A stretch of DNA of 63,616 nucleotides, the filler included. It is 6 parts of 6 records of this genome, joined end to end, with 100 filler letters (N's around TTAATTAATTAA, not from the genome) between each part and the next. Parts side by side here need not be neighbours in the genome. Positions count along the whole stretch, not along the records: positions 55,280 to 63,616 come from DRR723986_5090; 5 more parts are not named here. One strand, given 5' to 3'. This document shows, piece by piece, positions 58,483-63,616 of the stretch. Made by a program: the position numbers and the translations under genes. How positions within the stretch are numbered: the first letter of the stretch is position 1; each line of letters begins with the position of its first letter. The notes beneath the pieces are model-generated. The model did not search any database. It was not told the origin of the DNA and saw nothing but the letters and a program-made list of their open reading frames with translations.

Positions 58483-59036
58483 GGCCGGAACACACCCGCC
58501 TCGGTCACCACCGCGTCGAGCAACTGGTCCGTGGGTTCCACCACCAGCCCCTCCAGTTCCTGCGCCGCATAAGCGAATCCGATAGCACGCGTGGGGCGCT
58601 TGGCGCGCAGCCCTTCCAGCGTTCGGTCATAGAACCCGCCGCCATAGCCCAAACGGTTGCACCCCCGGTCAAACGCGACCAGCGGTGCGATGACGATCTC
58701 TGGCTCCAGCCAGTCGCCGTTTTCAGGCACCCGCGCGCCAAAGGGTCCGTCCACCATCCGGCATCCGGGCCGCCACTCGCGGAACTTCAGCGGCTGGCCA
58801 TTGGCCTCGATCACCGGCACGCAGATGCGGTTTGCGTCTGCCAGCGCGGTCATCGCCCGGGTCGGATCAAGTTCGGTCCGCATGGCCATATAGGCGGCGA
58901 TAACCTTGCCCGTCACTGGGCCGATCTCCTCCAACAAAGCGGCATTTGCCTCCGCGACGGACGCGCGTTCAAAGGCACCTGCCCGGGCGGCAAAGGCTTG
59001 CTTGCGGAGGGCATTTTTGCGGGCGGTCAGGTCCAT
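58479..59036 (-). CDS. 5-formyltetrahydrofolate cyclo-ligase
   Basis: PLVAFDR...RLGYGGGFYDRTL, AYAAQE, EPTDQLLD.VVTE. Confidence 0.93.
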   Translation of the reverse strand: MDLTARKNALRKQAFAARAGAFERASVAEANAALLEEIGPVTGKVIAAYMAMRTELDPTRAMTALADANRICVPVIEANGQPLKFREWRPGCRMVDGPFGARVPENGDWLEPEIVIAPLVAFDRGCNRLGYGGGFYDRTLEGLRAKRPTRAIGFAYAAQELEGLVVEPTDQLLDAVVTEAGVFRP

Positions 59037-59111
59037 CTTGGCCTTTCTCTTGCACTTCGGTGGCAAGCGGGGTTTCCTGCGCCGAAAGATACTCCTGCGA
59101 TGGGAAAACTC

Positions 59112-59726
59112 ATGCTGACATTCGACCATCTGGCCATTTCCTGCGACAGCCTTGCCGACGGCGTCGCCCATGTCGAGGACGCATTGGGCGTGACGCTCGC
59201 CCCCGGTGGGGAACATGCCGCCATGGGCACCCATAACCGGCTGCTGTCGCTAGGGACCGAGGAGTACCTGGAGGTCATCGCGATCAACCCCGCAGCCCCC
59301 GGCCCAGATCAGCCGCGTTGGTTCGACATCGACAATTTCGCGGGCGCCCCCCGCATGACCAACTGGATCTGCCGCTGTGACGATCTGATGGCCGCACTTG
59401 CTGCTGCCCCGGACGGTGCAGGCGTGCCCTGGGATCTGGAACGCGGCGATTTACGCTGGCGCATGGCGGTTCCGACCGATGGCAAGCTGCCGTTCCAGAA
59501 TTGCTTTCCGGCCATGATCCAGTGGCACGGCAGTGCCCATCCGGCCCCGCGCCTGCCAGACCACGGCTTTCGGCTGTCAGGGATCACCCTGACCCACCCC
59601 GAGGCTGAAGCCCTGACCGCCGCGCTTGCCCCGATGATCACCGACCCGCGCCTGTCCATCGTGGCCGGCCCCGCACCGGCCCTTTCGGTGGATCTGACCG
59701 GCCCAAAGGGAACCATCCGCCTGTGA
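59112..59726 (+). CDS. VOC/glyoxalase-like (Glyoxalase_3) protein
   Basis: FDHLAI, PGGEH..MGTHNRLL.LG..YLEVIA, RGDLRW. Confidence 0.88.
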   Translation: MLTFDHLAISCDSLADGVAHVEDALGVTLAPGGEHAAMGTHNRLLSLGTEEYLEVIAINPAAPGPDQPRWFDIDNFAGAPRMTNWICRCDDLMAALAAAPDGAGVPWDLERGDLRWRMAVPTDGKLPFQNCFPAMIQWHGSAHPAPRLPDHGFRLSGITLTHPEAEALTAALAPMITDPRLSIVAGPAPALSVDLTGPKGTIRL

Positions 59727-60193
59727 TCCGCACCGCCCGACCCGCTGACGCGCCGGCCATTGCGGCGATCTGGAACCATATCATCCGCGACACGGTGGCG
59801 ACGTTTACAACCGAGGAAAAGCAGCCCTCGGCCATTGCCAGCGCCATGGCGTCACAGCCCTATTGGGTTGCCGAAGACGCAGGCAGGGTGGTGGGCTTTG
59901 CAACCTATTTCCAATTCCGGGGCGGGCCGGGTTACGCGCATACGATGGAGCATTCCGTACATATCGCGCCTTCGGCCCAGGGCCGGGGGCTGGGACGCGC
60001 CCTGATGGCCACTACGGAAGATCACGCGCGCAAAGCCGGAGTGCATTCGCTTTTTGCAGGCATTTCCGGGGAGAACGCGGCCGGAATCGCCTTTCACAGC
60101 GCGCTTGGCTATGCCCATACTGCGCGGCGGCCGCAGGTGGGGCGAAAGTTCGGGCGGTGGCACGATCTTGTGCTGATGCAGAAATTCCTCTGA
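59723..60193 (+). CDS. GNAT N-acetyltransferase (phosphinothricin/YncA-like)
   Basis: IRTARPADA.AI..IWN, EHSV, QGRGLG..LM, VGRKFGRWHD..LMQK. Confidence 0.9.
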   Translation: MIRTARPADAPAIAAIWNHIIRDTVATFTTEEKQPSAIASAMASQPYWVAEDAGRVVGFATYFQFRGGPGYAHTMEHSVHIAPSAQGRGLGRALMATTEDHARKAGVHSLFAGISGENAAGIAFHSALGYAHTARRPQVGRKFGRWHDLVLMQKFL

Positions 60194-60225
60194 CATTCCC
60201 GGTCCATCCGGGGTAAAAGCCCCCC

Positions 60226-60909
60226 ATGTCTTTGTGGTCCCGTATCAGTGACGCGCTTGCGGCCCTCACCTCTGGTGAAGGGCTTGGCGCGATGTTCGAC
60301 AAGCTGCGCAAACCGCCGGAATTGACGGTGGGTTTTGCCATCGCCGTGATTGCCCTTGGCGCGAAGATGGCCAAGGCCGACGGTCTGGTCACCCGCAACG
60401 AAGTGACCGCCTTCCGAGAGGTCTTTGCGATCCCGCAGGCCGATGAGAAATCGGCGGCCCGCGTCTTCAACCTCGCGCGCGAAGATGTCGCCGGGTTCGA
60501 AGACTACGCCCGCAAGATCGCCACCATGTTCGAGGCCGACAGCGCGGTGCTGATGGACCTGATGGACGGGCTCTTTCACATCGCCGTTGCCGATGGCGAA
60601 TACCACCCGGCAGAGGATGCGTTCCTTGAACGGGTGGCCGAAATTTTTGGCATGTCCAAACGCGAATTCGCCGCCCTGCGCGCCCGCATCGTGCCCGATG
60701 CCGATCCAGACCCCTACACCGTTCTGGGCGTCGATCCGGCGATGTCCCTTGAGGATATCCGCAAGGCGTGGCGGCGACTGGTGGTGGAAACCCATCCCGA
60801 CCGGATGATGGCGCGTGGCGTCCCGGAAGAGGCCGTGCAACTGGCGCAAACCCGACTGATCGCGATCAACAAGGCATGGGAAGAGATTGAATCCCATCAT
60901 GGGACCTGA
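60226..60909 (+). CDS. djlA: DjlA-like co-chaperone (TerB-like + J domain)
   Basis: IALGAKMAKADG, IAVADG, DPYTVLG, HPD. Confidence 0.85.
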   Translation: MSLWSRISDALAALTSGEGLGAMFDKLRKPPELTVGFAIAVIALGAKMAKADGLVTRNEVTAFREVFAIPQADEKSAARVFNLAREDVAGFEDYARKIATMFEADSAVLMDLMDGLFHIAVADGEYHPAEDAFLERVAEIFGMSKREFAALRARIVPDADPDPYTVLGVDPAMSLEDIRKAWRRLVVETHPDRMMARGVPEEAVQLAQTRLIAINKAWEEIESHHGT

Positions 60910-60913
60910 CCCG

Positions 60914-61966
60914 ATGCGCATCGCCACCTATAACGTGGAATGGTTCGCCAACCTCTTCGATGACGATGGCGCCTTGCTGGATGACGGGCAGTGGTCGGGC
61001 CGTCAGGATGTGACGCGAGGCGAACAGCTGGCCGCCTTGGCATTCGTGTTCCAGCATCTCGATGCCGACGCCATTCTGGTCGTCGAAGCCCCCGACAGTT
61101 CCCGCCAGCGCAAAGGCATTCTTGCCCTTGAGAACTTCGCGGCCCGTGCGGGCATTCGGGCACGCAAGGCCCTGATCGGCTTCGCAAACCACACGCAGCA
61201 GGAACTGATGCTGCTCTATGATCCCGATGTGATGGAAGCGGTCCACGATCCGATTGGCGAGGAAACCGGCAAGAAAGGCGCGCGCGTTGCACCTCGGTTC
61301 GATGGAACCTACCGGATAGATCTGGATATCGACGCGACCGAGGATCTGGTCAAGTTCTCCAAACCGCCGCTGGAGGCCATGATCGACTGCGCCGAGGGCA
61401 CGTTTCGCCTGATCGGGGTTCACGCGAAGTCCAAGGCCCCCCACGGCGCCCGCAACCGCGATGAGATGATGCGGCTGGCCATCGCCAACCGGCGCAAACA
61501 ACTGGCACAATGCATCTGGCTGCGCGAACGGGTGGATCATCATCTGGATATGGGCGACCCGCTGATCGTCGCGGGTGATTTCAACGATGGTCCGGGGCTG
61601 GATGAATTTGAGCGGCTCTTTGGCCGGTCCGGGCTGGAGATTGTTCTGGGCACCGATCTGGAGGCCGAGGATCAGCTTTATGATCCCCACGCGGAACAGG
61701 CCCTGCAATCGCGGCTTGGCGCGCAACCCACCACGGCGCGCTTTTATATCCGCGACGAGGACCGTTTCCTGTCGGCGCTGCTGGATTACATCATGGTCAG
61801 CCCGGTCCTGCGCCCGTTCTGCTCGGGATGGCGCATCTGGCACCCGTTTGAAGACCCGGCCTGCTGGCGCGACGAAACCCTGCAACGCGCACTGCTGGTC
61901 GCGTCCGATCATTTCCCGGTGACGATGGAACTGAACGGCCCGTTTCCGTCACTTGTCAGCGGCTGA
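60914..61966 (+). CDS. endonuclease/exonuclease/phosphatase-family protein
   Basis: MRIATYNVEW, HAKSK, GDFND, LDYI, SDHFPV. Confidence 0.9.
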   Translation: MRIATYNVEWFANLFDDDGALLDDGQWSGRQDVTRGEQLAALAFVFQHLDADAILVVEAPDSSRQRKGILALENFAARAGIRARKALIGFANHTQQELMLLYDPDVMEAVHDPIGEETGKKGARVAPRFDGTYRIDLDIDATEDLVKFSKPPLEAMIDCAEGTFRLIGVHAKSKAPHGARNRDEMMRLAIANRRKQLAQCIWLRERVDHHLDMGDPLIVAGDFNDGPGLDEFERLFGRSGLEIVLGTDLEAEDQLYDPHAEQALQSRLGAQPTTARFYIRDEDRFLSALLDYIMVSPVLRPFCSGWRIWHPFEDPACWRDETLQRALLVASDHFPVTMELNGPFPSLVSG

Positions 61967-62006
61967 CCCCTTCAAACCGGCGGCTTTTGCGCTTATCTTA
62001 TGGGGT

Positions 62007-62339
62007 ATGAAACGCGCCATCCCCCTTGCCCTGATCCTCGCCCTCAGCACCCCTGCCGCCGCGCAGGACAGCGGGGAAGACAGCAATCTGCGCGAAGGCT
62101 GGGGCCTGTTGTCAGAGGGCTCTCGTCTGATCCTGGAAGGGCTGGCCGAGGAAATGCGGCCGTTCGTGGACGAACATCTGCTGCCGATGATCGCGGAACT
62201 TGGCGCGCTGATCGACGACGTCGCGCTGTACGAGCTGCCCGAGCGGCTGCCCAATGGCGACATCATCATCCGCCGCCGCGTGACGGAACCCGATTCCGAG
62301 GCCGAAAACGACCCGGTCGAGAACCCGGTCGACCTGTAA
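62007..62339 (+). CDS. small exported hypothetical protein
   Basis: MKRAIPLALILALSTPAAA-Q signal; YELPERLPNGDIIIRR motif. Confidence 0.8.
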   Translation: MKRAIPLALILALSTPAAAQDSGEDSNLREGWGLLSEGSRLILEGLAEEMRPFVDEHLLPMIAELGALIDDVALYELPERLPNGDIIIRRRVTEPDSEAENDPVENPVDL

Positions 62340-62431
62340 CCGGCAAATTCCCCGAACGATGCGCAGCCTCCATTGCACTTTGCCCATGGGACTGCCTATC
62401 TGTAGCCCGTGCAATGCAAGAGAGGTTTCCA

Positions 62432-63616
62432 ATGCAGTTCCCCACCTTCCCGATGCCCCTGCCCGTCCGCGACGCCAATGCCGCCGGAGGGACCGACAAT
62501 CTGGGCGATCTGCCGGAATGGGACCTGAGCGATCTCTACCCCGCCACCGACGCCCCCGAGATTGCGCGGGACAAGGACTGGCTGGCCGGGGAATGCGCCG
62601 CCTTTGCCAGTGATTACGAAGGCAAGTTGGCCGATCTGTCGGCAGATCAGATGCTGAACGCCGTGCAGCGCTATGAAAAGATCGACCTGATTGCCGGGCG
62701 GCTCATGTCCTTCGCCGGCCTGCGCTATTACCAGCACACAACCGACCCGGAACGCGCGCAGTTCATGTCGAACATGCAAGAAGCGATTACCGTGTCCACC
62801 ACGCCGCTGGTCTTCTGGGGTCTGGAATTCAACCGGTTGGACGATGCGCATTTCGAGGCTCTGATGGCCGCGAATGCGGATCTCGCCCGTTACCGGCCCA
62901 TCTTTGACCGGATGCGCGCCATGAAGCCCTATCAGCTGTCGGACGAACTGGAGAAGTTCCTGCACGACCAGTCCATGGTCGGCTCGGCTGCGTGGAACAA
63001 GCTGTTTGACGAAACCATCGCCGGGCTGACCTTCGATGTGGATGGCGAAGAGCTCGGCATTGAGGCCACGTTGAACCTGCTGACCGACCAGAACCGCGAC
63101 CGGCGCGAAGCGGGCGCACGGGCGCTGGCGGTGACCTTTGGCGAACGGATCGGGCTGTTTGCCCGTGTCCACAACACATTGGCCAAGGAAAAGGAGATTG
63201 AGGATCGCTGGCGCAAGCTGCCCACCCCGCAGACGGGCCGTCACCTTGCCAACCATGTCGAACCCGAAGTCGTGGAAGCGCTGCGCAACGCCGTCGTCGC
63301 CGCCTACCCGCGCCTGTCGCATCGCTATTACGCGCTGAAGGCCAAGTGGCTGGGTCTTGATACGCTGGAGGTCTGGGACCGCAACGCGCCCCTGCCGATG
63401 GAAGACGACCGGCTGGTCGGCTGGGACGAGGCCCGTAAGGTGGTGTCCGAGGCCTATGCCGATTTCGACCCGCGCATGGCAGAGCTGGCCGAACCCTTCT
63501 TCACCGATGGCTGGATCGACGCCGCCGTGAAAGAGGGTAAGGCGCCCGGTGCATTCGCCCATCCGACCGTTGCCGATGCCCATCCTTACGTGATGCTGAA
63601 CTACCTCGGCAAACCG
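62432..63616 (+). CDS. M3-family oligoendopeptidase F, 3' truncated by window end
   Basis: Not in ORF track (no stop); LPEWDLSDLY, SHRYY.LKA.WLG, WDRNAPLP, WIDA...GK.PGAFAHP...HPYVMLNY. Confidence 0.92.
   Translation, partial: MQFPTFPMPLPVRDANAAGGTDNLGDLPEWDLSDLYPATDAPEIARDKDWLAGECAAFASDYEGKLADLSADQMLNAVQRYEKIDLIAGRLMSFAGLRYYQHTTDPERAQFMSNMQEAITVSTTPLVFWGLEFNRLDDAHFEALMAANADLARYRPIFDRMRAMKPYQLSDELEKFLHDQSMVGSAAWNKLFDETIAGLTFDVDGEELGIEATLNLLTDQNRDRREAGARALAVTFGERIGLFARVHNTLAKEKEIEDRWRKLPTPQTGRHLANHVEPEVVEALRNAVVAAYPRLSHRYYALKAKWLGLDTLEVWDRNAPLPMEDDRLVGWDEARKVVSEAYADFDPRMAELAEPFFTDGWIDAAVKEGKAPGAFAHPTVADAHPYVMLNYLGKP

Noticed and set aside
59037-59111. 6S RNA expected upstream of the 5-formyl-THF cyclo-ligase
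   Set aside because: Intergenic space is only about 75 nt, too short for 6S RNA
62396-63583. 395-aa minus-strand ORF
   Set aside because: Antisense shadow of the plus-strand oligoendopeptidase F that the ORF track missed

Overview
The window is not one locus. It is six unrelated contigs joined by five 100-nt N spacers, each containing the linker TTAATTAATTAA, so gene neighbourhoods are only meaningful within a contig. Taxa below are inferred from gene content and recalled homologs. (1) 1-9910, alphaproteobacterial (Hyphomonadaceae-like): partial tRNA-Glu, recJ, glpX, hom, MaoC hydratase, aminotransferase, phaC, argC, end of rpsI. (2) 10011-23507, Marinobacter-like: hydrolases, OmpA lipoprotein, serA facing away from a D-2-hydroxyglutarate dehydrogenase-like gene and cobB, apt, NCS2 permease, a membrane-anchored BLUF protein, quinone oxidoreductase. 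(3) 23608-30823, Rhodobacteraceae-like nitrate-respiration cluster: narG 5' end, fused narK, Crp/Fnr regulator, nnrU, nnrS, ubiV/ubiU. (4) 30924-48738, planctomycete: SufT-like, secretin-like, Nudix, mfnB-like, RND pump, DUF1559 with a sigma54 promoter, a sigma54 two-component system, and a tandemly duplicated module I cannot assign to a known system. (5) 48839-55179, lower-GC alphaproteobacterium: ycgN, SCO, ankyrin, regBA, LapG-like protease, partial membrane sensor. (6) 55280-63616, Rhodobacteraceae-like housekeeping genes ending in an oligoendopeptidase F. The best candidate for a new system is the duplicated planctomycete module (about 44380-45690 and 46545-47790). Each copy has a conserved extended -10 promoter, copy-specific roughly helically phased direct repeats, and ORF A (integrase-arm-like N-terminal domain, one TM helix, conserved C-terminal region). 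ORF A is overlapped by 98 nt in the +1 frame by ORF B, a small exported C-x30-C helical protein, and a conserved long hairpin follows. My hypothesis is a membrane-anchored DNA-binding regulator plus exported partner, derived from an integrase arm domain. No database searches were run; family calls rest on visible motifs and recall.
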